Shown piece after piece: positions 1 to 12,590 of a DNA stretch of 64,000 nucleotides. Source of the stretch: Takakia lepidozioides (lineage: Eukaryota; Plantae; Bryophyta); the NCBI GenBank assembly GCA_030704615.1, contig CM060731.1:6448001-6512000 (forward strand), read 5' to 3'. Made by a program: the position numbers and the translations under genes. Each line of letters opens with the position of its first letter. Position 1 is the stretch's first letter. The notes beneath the pieces were generated by a model. It was not told the DNA's origin and did not search any database. It saw only the letters and a list, made by a program, of their open reading frames with translations.

Positions 1-36
1 GGAAATGAGGTTGTCCGTAATCTTTCATGCAGTATC

Positions 37-88
37 TGTCAAGAACGAGGGTATGACTGAGCACAAACAAGAGATCAGACTAGAGGTA
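37..88 (-). mobile_element. LTR fragment (family L2), left piece of an LTR interrupted by MULE element A
   Basis: TGTCAAGAACGAG...GATCAGACTAGAGGTA matches the start of the intact LTR at 62441 (TGTCAAGGACGAG...GATCAGACTAGAGGTA), then diverges abruptly. Confidence 0.8.
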
Positions 89-474
89 TTCACTCCCGAG
101 CCTTCAGCCGGCTATTTCTTTTCCTGTGCCCAATTACGGCGCCGTTATACCCAACCATCCTGCACTTCTGCAACAGTACTATCCATGGTTATAGGTCAGA
201 TGCGGAATGAGGTATTTTGGCGCCGTTATTCCACGTCACGACTGTAAAACATTGTGCAGGACAGGAAAGAGACACAAACTTGTAGCCCTCACAAGAAATT
301 GTGCTGACAGGGTAATATATTTAGGGTTAGACAACAATTCAACTTGCAAACCCCATTCAACAGAACATCAACACCACATTGACATGATAGAAAATTGCCA
401 TACACGCTCGAAATACAAACATCAGGAAACTACAAGTTTTTATTTTGTACAACGACAACTCCGAGCTTCCATCA

Positions 475-1194
475 TCAGAAATGGACCACTGCGGCATAAG
501 AAACTTGTGGATCTACCATAACCCGGAGCTTGTGCCCTCCAATCACCCTCCACAATTCCTTAATGCTCTATGCTACTGCATTGACATCCACAACACGAAC
601 CACCGAGTCGTCGAACCACAGGTCCAGAATTAGGAGTGGTGCGGTAGTCGTCCACTACGCATTGCCGTTTTCTGGATTAAGATGGCGCACATAAAGATAC
701 AAGATATCTATAGAGGTCACGTTCGTGAAAACATGCAGATATTGGAGGCCTCCTATTGGGACCCCCTCCACAGCGTCGTGAAATTCGCAAACATCCAGGA
801 CAAACCTGTTTCGATTCTCCCTTAGTGTCAACAATATATTCCCTGGCCCAAAAGAGTGAGTGAGCAACTCAAGAGCCCTATCCGGGAGCAAATACTGTGG
901 AGGTGCAGTATAGTTATGGTAGTAAGACCTCCAGAACTTGCCGCAGCAACATCTCATGATGAAGAGACGAACACTCCGTCTTCCAGGTCTATCTCGCACA
1001 ACAAGTATCCACTGTTGTCCACTGGCAGGCCTCACCCAAAGAGAATCCCACAGAAGTGATTGGAAACTCGTCACCCTGCGTGTACCTTCACTGAAGTCCA
1101 ACTCCACCATAATGTCTCCCATCACCGGCTCACGCAATCGCGAACCTCGAATCCCGCTCCGTCGAATGCAGAAGGCATTTACACAAGGCGGCAT
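475..1194 (-). pseudogene. Third, unknown cargo ORF of element A (two in-frame TAG stops)
   Basis: 179-aa ORF 655-1194 continues in frame past TAG as protein-like sequence (WTTTAPLLILDLWFDDSVVRVVDVNAVA*SIKELWRVIGGHKLRVMVDPQVSYAAVVHF) to TGA at ~475; no family recognised. Confidence 0.45.
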
Positions 1195-1936
1195 TGAGGA
1201 AGTGTGCGCCCACCGGGAATGGAGAGGGACAAGTAATCACTGTAGTGTTTCAACACGGAGATGCAAACATTGAAAACCCACTGCGGAACACCCTCTCGCG
1301 TGATTTTCTCTGGGGCAACGGCAATATATGCCCCCATTGGCCGGCAACGGCTATCCACACAGGCGATCGAAAATGACTGGTGCTTGAAGGGGCTAGACAG
1401 AGAAGGTGCCACGACATTACGGGAAGAAATTGTGCTAAAACCACCGGCGTCCTAAAACCACCGGCCTTGGTATTTCGGCGCCGAAATTCCCAAGAGCAGT
1501 GTGCTAAAGTGGTGTTTTGAAGACTTCCACCGGGGTATTTCAGCGCCGAAATACCCAAGTGGAATGTGTTGAAGTGCCTTGTGTTGAAGGCTTCCATCGT
1601 GCTATTTTGGTGCAGTAATTCCTACGTGGAATTTTATAAGGCCCATATTATGAAGGCAGACACTGGGCTATTTCGGCGCCGAAATTCCCAATATGAATGT
1701 TAGAAACGACAGTGTTTTCATGGCTTCTAGTTCGCGGTTCGCTGGTGTGTATAAATTACTTGTAGGGTTCTTTACTTTACTTTGCGTCTCTTCCGTTTTT
1801 ATTATTACATTGTGGTTTGCGGAAGAAATGTTGGGAATCGGACATGCACAGTATGCACACAATGATTTCAAAAATCGTCAATATTTTCATTAAGTGATTC
1901 AGAACTGTACAACAAAAGGATCCAAATGAGACTTTG

Positions 1937-4900
1937 CTATGGCGAGGATCCGCGATCACTGTCCAATGCATTCCCGGCCTCATGCAAGGATGGCTGCCTT
2001 CTACCTGCCTCCGAACCTGCACTGCTGCTACCGTTGTTACTCTGAGAAGCCCTCCCCTCAAAAATACCATCCTCACCAGCTGGAACTGTCCACCTGGGTG
2101 CGGAACTGTCCTCATCATCCCCCTCGCTCTCAGACGCGGATTCTATGACGAACTTGCCCACTCTGCCTTTCACAATTCCATGTTTGGCCTTACGCCTCAT
2201 CATAATTCTCTGCTCCTTCCCGAATATCAATTGCTCGAACCGAGTAGGCCTATCCTCCCTCCTGATGGCTTCTCTGGCAGTCGTGTCTGCATAGGGTGGT
2301 AGAAAAAAAGGCTTCTGGGGACTCGCAAGAAATGATTTTCTGGCAAAGAATGGCCGATGCGATTCTGTCTCCTCCTCTGCAACACGGTCCGATTCGGGCA
2401 AGTCTCCCAGCATTTCCTCGTCGGACGACTCTGCAAGGCTGAGTGTATGCACAAACAGATAATGAAGCACATTAGAACATTCAAACAGGGAATCATTGGG
2501 AGGTTGCATGGTCCCTACAACCGAAACCAATACACTTACTATGGTGCAACTCACTCGAAGACAGGCATTGCAGGAAGCGGCTTCGGGCGCCCCTGCATCG
2601 GACGAATTTCCTGGACTTCATCCTCCTCCTCTTCCTCCTCCCCTTCCACGTCCTGTTCTGCGTTGTTGGGATCCTCAGTAGGAGGCAGATGTTGTAGGCC
2701 CGCCAAATTGAAATCGTACAAGGCCGTATACCCCTCAAATGAGAACACAAATCGGTTGGACATCCTTTCCGCCCACATACAGGCACCTGCAAATTCATAC
2801 GACACAACCAAAGCCAAAGTCAAGAATGACTCGCTTCCTCGCGCAAGCAAACAAAGACAATCGGAACGGTGTCAATTTTGGTGCCGCAATCACTGAACGC
2901 TCTCACATGTATTAGCAGTGATGTCGAGGACCCTGCCTTCAACATCCGTACACGTTTCCATGAGCGTCTGGATGAATGCAGGGCTCCTGGTCCTGCCATA
3001 CCTCCAAGGCTTGCCCGACAAATCACAAAGCATGTCCTTCTCTCCCACATGGTTGAACATGACGTTATACTCCAGTGGATCAACTGTGGAATCAACAAGT
3101 CTGTCTGCTTGACGTAATTTGAATTTTGAATGTTCCTTCACGAAGCAGAATGCCTGAAAGATAAGAGTCTGCAAAGAAGGAAAAGAGAATGTGAGAGGTG
3201 GCCTACAGGTACATGGGCAATTTCGGCGCAGAAATTGGCAGAACAGATGAAAACCGCACAACAACACAGCCGTCGTCGTCCAACATGTTGGCTGCGAACC
3301 CGAATGTGTGGCTCCAGTATCTTTCGTTGTACTTGTTCCACCACGGTAGTGAGCCCAGCCCCAGTATCTCCTGCCCATCCGGGATATCCACAAGGATCAT
3401 GTCGATGGAGGCTTTCACCGCCCTGCCCCCGACTGTGCTCTTTTTGCCGTGGCTCATCGCCACAAAATACTCCATCATCTTTGTGTAGCCGGGAGTGTCC
3501 TCGATATCATTGTCAGTGGCCTTCCTCTTCCCCTTCCCCTGGTGGGCCTCGATCGCCTTCCTCAATCTCGTTTTCTCCAGCCTTTTGGTCAGAGCAGTTA
3601 GGAAATTTTCATTAACACACTCCACAATTGTGGGTGTTTTGAGGACTTCCCTGCCCGCAATGTGCACCGCAAGGTAGGGTCTGCCAGGTGCATCCTTGTA
3701 TAGTGATCTCTTCGCAGCTGAACCCCCAGAGCGTTGGCCCTTGTGAATTTTCGGACGAGGTGTGGCCCCCTGGGTGTTATCCTGTTGGAAATCGTCGTCC
3801 GAATCCTCGTCATCTGGCTGACTATATTGCTGCTTCTTCTTCTTGGGTGTGGGGCTCTTCATCTCTTGCCCCTGTTTGCGCGTTCTTTTCTTCCTGTCCT
3901 TGGGCTGCTCAGCCGCCTGCTTCTCCATCTGCTCCTTTGCCAACGCTGCCGCCTTGGCCGACTTTCTCAGTGCTTTCTGCTTTGCTGCCTCCTCTGCTTT
4001 CAGTTTTTCCACGTCCTCTGGTTGGGGATCCAAATGCGCCTTCATAGCCCGGGCATTCGTTTCATTCTTCAAGTTAACCTCCGAGAGGTCAACGGTCCCA
4101 CTTGGGAGATCCACATACCAGGGACAGTCTACCAAATGTTCGGCATGCCACTCCTTCGCCATTATTTCTGTGTACATCGTACCATGACCTCCAGGTGTCC
4201 TCCACGCCAGGAAGAATGGTGGAACCCTTTGAATGGCTCCGGACGGAATGAGAGCAAAATTTATGTACTTGCAATCACGAGCCAGTTCAACAAAAATCAT
4301 GCTACTGATGCATCATGCAAGAGGAAGTTTTGAATGCAGACGCAATGGAGCGTGCCCCAATTACCGAGCATTCACATCTTGTAGAGGGATATTTCGGCGC
4401 CGCAATACCCACCGCTGCTTGGCTAAATTCTCAAAACTGCCAATAGGGGGATGCATTGGCAGCAGATTACCTAAACAGGACTCGCATTGCCGCTTTGTCG
4501 GCACCCTCCTGCTCTTCGATGTATAGGCTGCGTCTTGCCTTTGCAATTTCTCTGAAAAAGAGGTTTGCAAAACGCCCTCGCCAGGACTGCACGTAGTTCT
4601 CCATTGTCTCCGGTTTCGTCCAGTCGATCTGTAACTTGAAAGTGGTGGTGTTGCAATCCAATTGCTCCTGGGCGTGGGTCAGTACCTACAACATTGCAGG
4701 TCTCCAAAACATTCATGATTTGAAATTGCGATGATGTCCAACACACAAAAGAGGAGGACATTATACCTGATGCCACCAAGTCATCACATTTAGCCAGTCG
4801 TTCATTTCGTCGTCAGTTGGCTCGATGGGAAAGTGGTACAGCAGCTTTGTGTTTGTATGGTCGTTCCAGATTCACAGCCACCTCGTCTGCATGGCCTAAC

Positions 4901-6728
4901 ATCGGTCAGACAAAAGAACCTCATCATGAGAATCGCGAGAAGACACAAAACAAGAACAAACACAAGCTAACCTTCTCCGCCTGCTCAACACAGGGTGACT
5001 ACGATGTGATGAAGTTTCTCCATGGACATTTCCGATTTCATGGGTCTGGAGTAATGCAGTCCTATCTCTACCAAGAACTCGGCACCAAGACCAGGGTCAG
5101 CGATTGCAACTTGCTTCACAAGTTTGGACCTGTACTTGGTCCGTGATTGCCTCCGTGCCTGCACAATGTGACTCTCTATTGACGCGTCCGCCTTGTTGGG
5201 GGCATCACTCTCAAAGAACTGCCTTTTGGCATAGGCCAAGTCATCCCTGATGTTCGTTTGCATTCCCATTCCCAGCGGATACAGTCGGGCCACTGATCCC
5301 TGCAACAAATAGCATTAAATCAGGAAATTTGAGATGAACCTCACCGAATAGAGGATCTCCACCATGGCGTCCAGTGTTGGTTGGTACCAGGTGCGATCCG
5401 CTTTCGCAAGGGACTTCATGTACAGCTCGGGATTGAGGGATTTTTGGAAGTCCGTCAGTGGTGTTGTCCCCACTTCTTGCACTCTGTAGAGCGTATGTGC
5501 CAAGTGAGTTTCCACGAAGGCCCTCTCTGTTACCCTGCCATGGAGAAAAAAATAAAAAAATAAAAAAATGAAAATATGATAAAAAAAAATAACCAGATTT
5601 TGGCACAGCAATCCAATTTCCAGTTCATAGAGTGGATGACAGTCAAGAACATTACCTATTTTGGCGCCGCAATAGGCACTACACAAGGATGTAGTAGTAT
5701 ACTTACAGATTTATATCCGCCATGGCACCCTTCAGCAGTCCTCTGTCCCTCACGTCCACCTTCACGACAATGCAATCCACCATGTAATGCCAATTGATAT
5801 CTTGCGGATGCATTTCAGCAATGTACTCTGTCCAAGCAAGCATCCTGTGGTTCCCGTCCCAGACGAAGACCATCTTCCCTGCCATGTGTGCGAATGTGGG
5901 ATTACTCTTCATAGAGGCTTCAAACTCGGCATTTACAGTGTGCCAGTGGGGGCTCCAATTCTGAAGCTCCTCTGCAGTGGGGCCCCTTGTGACACCCTGG
6001 TCATTCTCAATGGAAACGTAGAATGCTGTCGACCCCCGTCTGTACCCCTCTCTGAAGTTGTGCTTCAGTCGGTCGATGTCCCCTGACAGTGCTTGCCTTA
6101 CAACTGGAAGGCTAACCATGCGACGCAAATGAACTTTGAGGTTCTCCGGATATACCATGGAGCCCAAAACGCGGCCTATGTTGCTATGAGTCTCTGCCAG
6201 CAACCTGTTTGCTGCTATGTTCATGTCTCGTGCGATCATGAGCATATCCGCCACCAGTTTCTGACTTCTATCACCTCTCTCACTTCTCTCACCTCTCTCA
6301 CCAGCCTGTCTGCTGTCCTGGAGGTTTTGCTCCTCCGCAAGCGCCACCAGGTTCTGATCTCCTGGGAAGTCGTCAAGTCGCACCACGTTGTCGTCCTCAG
6401 CTTCTGTCAGCTCAATGGGCCGCCCTTCTGCAGATCCGAGTCTGACATCTCCAGCGGCCTCCACCGCATCCGTGCTTTGTGAAACTGCCTGCAAACCCAA
6501 TATCTTGGCTTCCAGTCTCCCAAGTGGTTTTACAGGCAAAGCCATGGGCTCATTTGGCTTCCTCGGCTTTCGGACTCTAGGTGGGTTTTTCTGAGGCGAT
6601 TTCTGAGGTGTTTTGTGAGGAGTCGCCTGCCTTGATGCACTTCCAGCTTGCGAGCGCAGTACCCGGGCAGGAGTATCCAAAGTTGACTGTGTTGGGTCGC
6701 CCCCCTGCGATCCCTCCCCAGCTCCCAT
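1937..6728 (-). pseudogene. ParB/Srx-like domain + beta-class amino-DNA-methyltransferase-like fusion gene (multi-exon), copy A
   Basis: Exon 1 has VFVWDGNHRMLAW. Later exons have IDMILVDIPDG (motif IV-like), LDDDGCVVV (motif VI-like) and RSPAFIQTLMETCTDVEGRVLDITANT|CACMWA...FVFSFE (motif X-I-II-like). GT-AG introns are collinear with copy B. In-frame TGA at 4872-4874. Confidence 0.8.
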
Positions 6729-7194
6729 GTCAAACAAACAAGAAAACATGACACACTGCACGCAAAAAAAAAGATGTAAAAGGAATAGTGCGTATGGAGG
6801 GCTTCACATCCGCAAAGCATGAATCTCTCACTGGCGGGTGATCCGAGTCTCCGGATAACGAGGTCTGCATTTCCTGCATGAGACGGAACTTCAGTAGTGT
6901 CGTTGGCGGCTTCCCAAAATCCCGCGTCCTCCTTCTCTGTGCCGGAGTCGCCTGACCTTCCACAAACTCTATGCTATCACTATATTGCATAAGGAGAGGA
7001 AACGCAGGAAAATGTCACCGCAAAAGGGCAAAGAGCGAGAGAGCAAAGCAGTGGAACATGCAACCACTGTGCACGAGCAGATGTGCAAGCAGCCACGTCT
7101 CCCCAAGTGTTGCCACCGTCCACCACTTTCCGCCATATGGGTGATGAAGAAATTGCGACCCCTGACACGTTTGGACGGATGAAGTCGCTGGAAC

Positions 7195-8015
7195 GCGACG
7201 GGCGCCGAAATTATACTTTATTTGCGGCAACCTCCTGTACAAAAAATGACCACTTAATGGATATGGTCGGTTTCAAATGAAAACAACGGCTAAAATGCAA
7301 TTAATTTTCCCCTAACCTGAGAAAATATCCCCTTACGTCATTGGATAACGGCCTTTTGAAAGACATAAGGGGTTAAATGTGCCGATTTCTCCATTTAATG
7401 CAGAATATTTGTGTTTTCTCTGTCTGAATGGGTTATTTCATATGAATTTCAGAACCTTACATCATCCAGAAGCAAGAAGTAAGTGTCAGGTTCGGATGAA
7501 TTTCGGCGCCGAAATTTATCCGTCGCATGGAAAATGTAATATTGGAGTTACCCTTTGCCGACAGTAGGGATGAATTTTGGCGCCGAAATTCATTGGCAGG
7601 ACAACAAAAGACTTTGGAAAAAGCTGAAGAAGAATGAATTTTGGCGCCGAAATTCATCCACCGTCCTCCCTCCAATAATATTTTTTCCATGCGAACGATG
7701 AATTTCGGCGCCGAAATTCATCCCTACTATCCATTCAAGGTTACTGTCATCCGGATTTCGGCACCGAAATCCGTATACGTTGGTGAATCATGACTCTAAT
7801 GACAAACACATTCAAAATTCACGTTTCCATGTGCAGAAACAATTTCATGAAGAACATGTTCATCCGAATTTCGGCACGAAATCCATCCGTTGGGTGCTTG
7901 CTCAATTTCATGAGGTGAACTAATTCCGAATTCTGTCGCCGGAATTCATCCCGTGGCTTCCAAATCTGTTACATGACAGAGATGTTCATCCGGATTTTGG
8001 TGCCGAAATTCATGA
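7195..8015. repeat. Cluster of about 9 palindromic AATTTCGGCGCCGAAATT motifs in the divergent intergenic region of element A
   Basis: Perfect 26-bp palindrome GATGAATTTCGGCGCCGAAATTCATC at 7697-7722, plus variants near 7200, 7500, 7575, 7640, 7755, 7868, 7930, 7995. Confidence 0.9.
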
Positions 8016-8260
8016 GAAGGCCTCACTTATTGTAGCCCAACTGGTGGTACATCACAATTCAGACACCCAATTTTCGATGTGAATTTGTTGTGGTCGTCCA
8101 TATTTGTCTCGTACGTTACACACCTTCATCCATACGTGCACTGATCACCTATCTTGCTGGATACAGAATCCTCCAGAAAATGATTGTGGTATTATGTAGG
8201 ACACACTCTTCTCATTGCAGGACTTTGCTGCGGAGCCTACCGAAAGTTGATGTCTTCAAC

Positions 8261-10810
8261 ATGGACTCCCGTGTTTGGGTACACGTGTACTTCCATTCTA
8301 ATTCTCTAAAAGCTAAAATACCCTGCGACCAAGGATTTGCGATTGCCACCGAGCAGTACTTGTGTGTGAAGTTCGGGCTCCGCCCAGGTACGGTGTTTTT
8401 GGAAGAGGAGACGAATGATGCTTATGGGAATTTTCTGGAAAGTGTCGTCATTCTGCATACAGATTTCGGAAAAGGCAAAAAGTGGCGGCTCCCAGCTTCT
8501 GAATCCATCCGGTACAGTGCAATTGGTGAATTCGTGCCTAAAGAGTTCCCACGCTGGAACTTGGTTGATCCTCCTTCCACAAGAGGGTCTGGCGTGCAAG
8601 ATGTGAAGTCAGCCATGAGGGATGTGGGCACCTCCTCATAAGCAGAGAAGCCCAAACATGTGAAAAGGGAAATCAAGGATTTGCCGTTCCATAGCTCGTC
8701 GGTGGGTGCACTTTCCAGGGAAACAGTCGTCCACAACTTATCCAGTGACGATGAAGACTATATGGTCCTTCCATCGTATATTTCGAAGTCGTCCGTCAGT
8801 AGGAGTGTGCAGATGTCGGCAGACAATGAACACACACCCTCGGACTCAACTTCCATCCGCTCAGTAATCGACATATTGCGGAGGATGAAGACAGCAGGTT
8901 CCCGCTCCAGTGACCTTCTTAGGCTTGATTTCAATAAAACTCCAATCCATTCTGTGGAAACTTTGCCTGAAGCTGTGGATGGGAATGCTATCTACGAGTT
9001 CCCTCCAGTGCTGCCAGGCGCAGGCCCAAACGGCATGCTGGCAGGAATGAACAGGAAACATGACGGCCACCCATGGTGTGTCACCAAAACTTCATCGTCT
9101 AATCTGGGTGATGGAGTTCGAGTCAGATATGTATTGTGTGCTGGACATCTTAAATGTTTCTCGAGCACATGTTACCACTACACGAGCAAAGGCACCCGGA
9201 ATGAGACAGACTGGATTGGCAATTCGTCGACCCCATTTTGGCCTCAAGGTAGAGTTCTTGCAGGGACTTTCAAGTGTGCCATTGCAACGCAGCCCCTACG
9301 TGCATGGCAGTGTGCAACGCCAAGCAGTACTACGTCGGGACCGTCGGCCCAGCGTGCACCAGAGCATGCATTCACATCGGAAAGCATGACCACCCTATCG
9401 CCAGAGGCAATTGCAGAGTCGCTTTTCAACAAGCCCACGATATTATCAAGGAGGAGGTGAGGAAGAGGTCGGGAGCAAAACCAAAGCAGATACAACTGGC
9501 ATCCGCACATAGAATTGCAATAGGTAGAATAATGGTGGAGGACGGAAGCACAAGAGAGAAGCTGGGCGAGGGGGACATGAAGGAGCTGCTGGAAGCTGTC
9601 TCCCATGTGTGCAGTCCCAATGTCAGGAACCACATTGTCGGCTGCAAGAAACGAATCGGAAGGGGATCAGACATGCACTCCATCTTGGAAGTGAAGCGCA
9701 CATATGGCTACGACTTCATCCAGGGCAGCTTCTTTCCTGGTCAAGGCTCAGAGATGGACAGGTGCTTCATATTTAGGATGTCAACGTGTGGACCGGGGAG
9801 CGGTGTCGATTTGGTGAAGCGGATGACCAGTGGAGACCTCTCAAATTGTTGGGTCATGTTCGACCACATCAGACAAATTACCAACCACGATTGGGTGACA
9901 ATGGGGGCACATGTATACGACCCACATTGCAGAAAGTTGATGACCATTGCTATCTGCGAAATGAAAGGAGAAGACACAGATTCGGAGTTGCATATGTGGC
10001 GCGGAATTCATGAGCAAATGGCGAGAGCGAAGTTGCCCCCTCCCGATCTTAGGGGCTTCATGGCTGACAATGCCCAGGCGAACTGGGCTGCAGTGAGAAG
10101 GGTATATGGGGACGACCCAAAGACTCCAATGGAAGGTAAGGAGAGATCTTGCGGGTTTCACTTCATGCAGAGTTTGACGCAAAACACGAAAAGGTTCGTG
10201 GCGTCATGCCACCGGCAGGATCATATCAGTATGTGCCTTGCGTGGAAAAATGCGAATTCCATCGACGAGGCGGAGACCGAGTTTGCAACCATACGCGCCT
10301 GGTGGGTGTCTTCAGGGGCTGTGGATGTGAAAGATCAGCCAGAACTGCAAACGTGGCTTGCGTGGTGGCACTATAGATTCCGGCAGTTTGGAGACTACAT
10401 AAGACAGGTAATACATTTCTGTACTTGACAATTGTTCTGTTTTGTGCTTGGACATTCTCCACAATGAGTGACATTTCTAATTTCCTTCAACGGGATATGA
10501 GCTTCGAGGATGACACGGATATGCCGACGACGAACATGGCCGAATCAGTGCACTTTTCATGGGGTGCTTCCTCTGCGGCACATCTTGTTGACATGTTGAC
10601 AACAACAATAGAAGATATTGTGAGGGCTATCATGCAACAATCTGGTTACTACCAAAGCAATGGGGTATCGGACTAGACAGGCATGAGATGCTGATGAGGG
10701 CGGCGCATCGTTCGACCGATCCCAAAAAAGGACTGCTGCATTGCAGGAAACAATAAGGTCAACGCCGTTACACAGTCGGGGGAACTACCTGGAGGGCGAT
10801 GTCCGAACTG
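8261..10810 (+). pseudogene. MULE (Mutator-family) DDE transposase with N-terminal GCM/WRKY-like Zn domain, copy A, 3' truncated
   Basis: VMFDH (D1), GFMADNAQANWAAVRRVY (D2), SCGFH (CxxH), TTNMAESVH (E). Stop at 8639, frameshift ~9274, 86-nt intron 10408-10493 with mutated acceptor. SWIM region lost. Confidence 0.88.
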
Positions 10811-11250
10811 GGCTAGAGTACTAGAAGCTGAATTGGGTACTGGGACTGGAAACAAGAGTAGCTTGAACTTGTGTTGGCAAGACTGAGGAGTGTCCAGTCT
10901 CACCTTCTATATATACTAGCTACTAGGAAGTTCCCTAAGAAGCTTCCCCAATGGAGGTTTTTTGATGGAGAAATTTCTTTAAGCAAAAAATGTTTCTTGA
11001 TGGAGAAGTTTCCTTAAATAAAAAAGGTTTCTTGATGGAGAAGTTTCCTTAAACAAATGAGGTATCTTGATGGAGAAGTTTCCTCCAAAGAAAGCTTCCT
11101 GAGCAGTTTCCCAAGTTACTCTCGGTAAATTGGTAACTCATTGTAAATCATGGTAAATTATGGTAACTTTTGATAACTAGATAACTCCCGGTAATTTGGT
11201 AACTTCTGGAAGTTATTCTCAGTAAGTTCTTCTTGGCTATGTCCATGACA
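10805..11250 (-). mobile_element. LTR remainder (family L2)
   Basis: Collinear with 62650-63046 and ends ...GTCCATGACA; the following 11251-11300 matches 63047-63106. Confidence 0.82.
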
Positions 11251-11859
11251 TCACTAGCGCCGAGTTCCTCGAGGAGCGGTAAAGTCTTGGACTTGCTTAG
11301 AGTTGAAGGAAATCCAAAATTCGGCGAATGGTACTTGCCAAGTAATCGGTTCTTCGTTCTTGACTCAAATGATTTATAGGTCCCTGCAACCATCGATAGT
11401 GTCCAACACCTTGAACTTGAGACCACATAGTGAATTGAGCATTCTGACCTTCGAAACTGCCTTCAAACATGATTTCGTTGCCCTCTGGGTTCGAAGCCTC
11501 AACCTCTAACATGATTATCAGACTTCGAGTAGGCTCCACTTGCCGTCGTACGAGGTCCAGACGAGGAAGTTTGCGTCGTCTTGGTGGCTCGTCGTCCCGA
11601 GGACATCGTCGTGAAGGTTATGAGAGTCGGAACGACTGGTCTGGAAGTTGGGTAAGCGACAGCTCCAATGTATCCGATTCCTGTTACTCCATGCTACCAA
11701 TACAAGATGCAAGAGTGCTTGAAGTGTAGCTATATATACTGATGTGTGGTGCTCTCCCCCTCCTTAGCGTGTGTCAGGTACCAGGTACACTGAATGTGGA
11801 GTCTTCACCTTGAAGCTAACTTGTAGTTTAACGAAAGTTTGAGGTTTTCTTTGAGAACC

Positions 11860-12590
11860 TAAGTGTTGTGGCAATGTGCCCCCCTTCTGACACCAACGGT
11901 AATGATAGTCAAATGGGCAGTGTTCCATCCATGGTGACGAAGGGCTAAGATGAGCGGTTCATATTTTTCACGTTTAAACATAATTGATTGGTTAGGGTCT
12001 GTGTCATGACAAAATGTAAATTCTATTATACGAATGGTGAGGGAGGGGTGTAGACCTGTTGGTATTGTTGATGAAAGAGGTAATCCATGGATAAGTAGAA
12101 TATCAGGGCATAACCTTGCTAGACAACGACATGGCATATAGAGACATGTGCATGGTAGAAGCCATGGAGGTATTGTGTGGTCCGGTGGTCTACCTTGAAA
12201 CGTACCTACATCGATGAGGTTAAACCATGTGGATTTAGGATGTGATAGAAGAAGTTTTTGAAGATGCTAAACTCCTTGGTTGTGTCTGGTTATATGTAAT
12301 ACATGGAGTATGGGGTGCTTACAATGGAGGCCACGTGTCTACTTTGGGGTGCTATACGTGGCATAATGTGCAATGTTTGTTAGGGTATAATAAAGGCCAG
12401 AATAATTTTTTTCTTTGATTACCCATGTATTGGCCGTATTGGAATCGTAGTGTTTGTCTAATTCATCTACCATCATATATATCAGACTGGTATAAATATT
12501 TTGTGAGATCTTTGGTACTCGTACCAGCCTGGTATGTCCTAAACATGATATACCAGACCAACCAACACTAGTACATACCCTAAAAGAAAC
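11860..12590 (-). mobile_element. Degenerate non-LTR retrotransposon fragment with restriction-like endonuclease (RLE) domain
   Basis: CPDILLI...IRIIEFTF...KREKYEPLILALRHHGW...IITVGVRRG fits the PD-(D/E)xK RLE signature of R2/CRE/NeSL-type elements; His-rich zinc-knuckle-like remnant upstream. Confidence 0.65.

Larger units (their letters stand above)
89..10810. mobile_element. Mutator-like DNA transposon A (ParB-MTase-carrying), right end deleted
   Basis: Same divergent two-gene layout and intron positions as TSD-bounded element B; flanked by two halves of one LTR; transposase breaks off at ...LEGDVRT and joins LTR sequence; no clear TIR at the left end. Confidence 0.85.

Noticed and set aside
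89-130. TIR for element A
   Set aside because: Only a short GCTATTTC match at ~111; the right end is deleted, so neither TIR nor TSD can be verified
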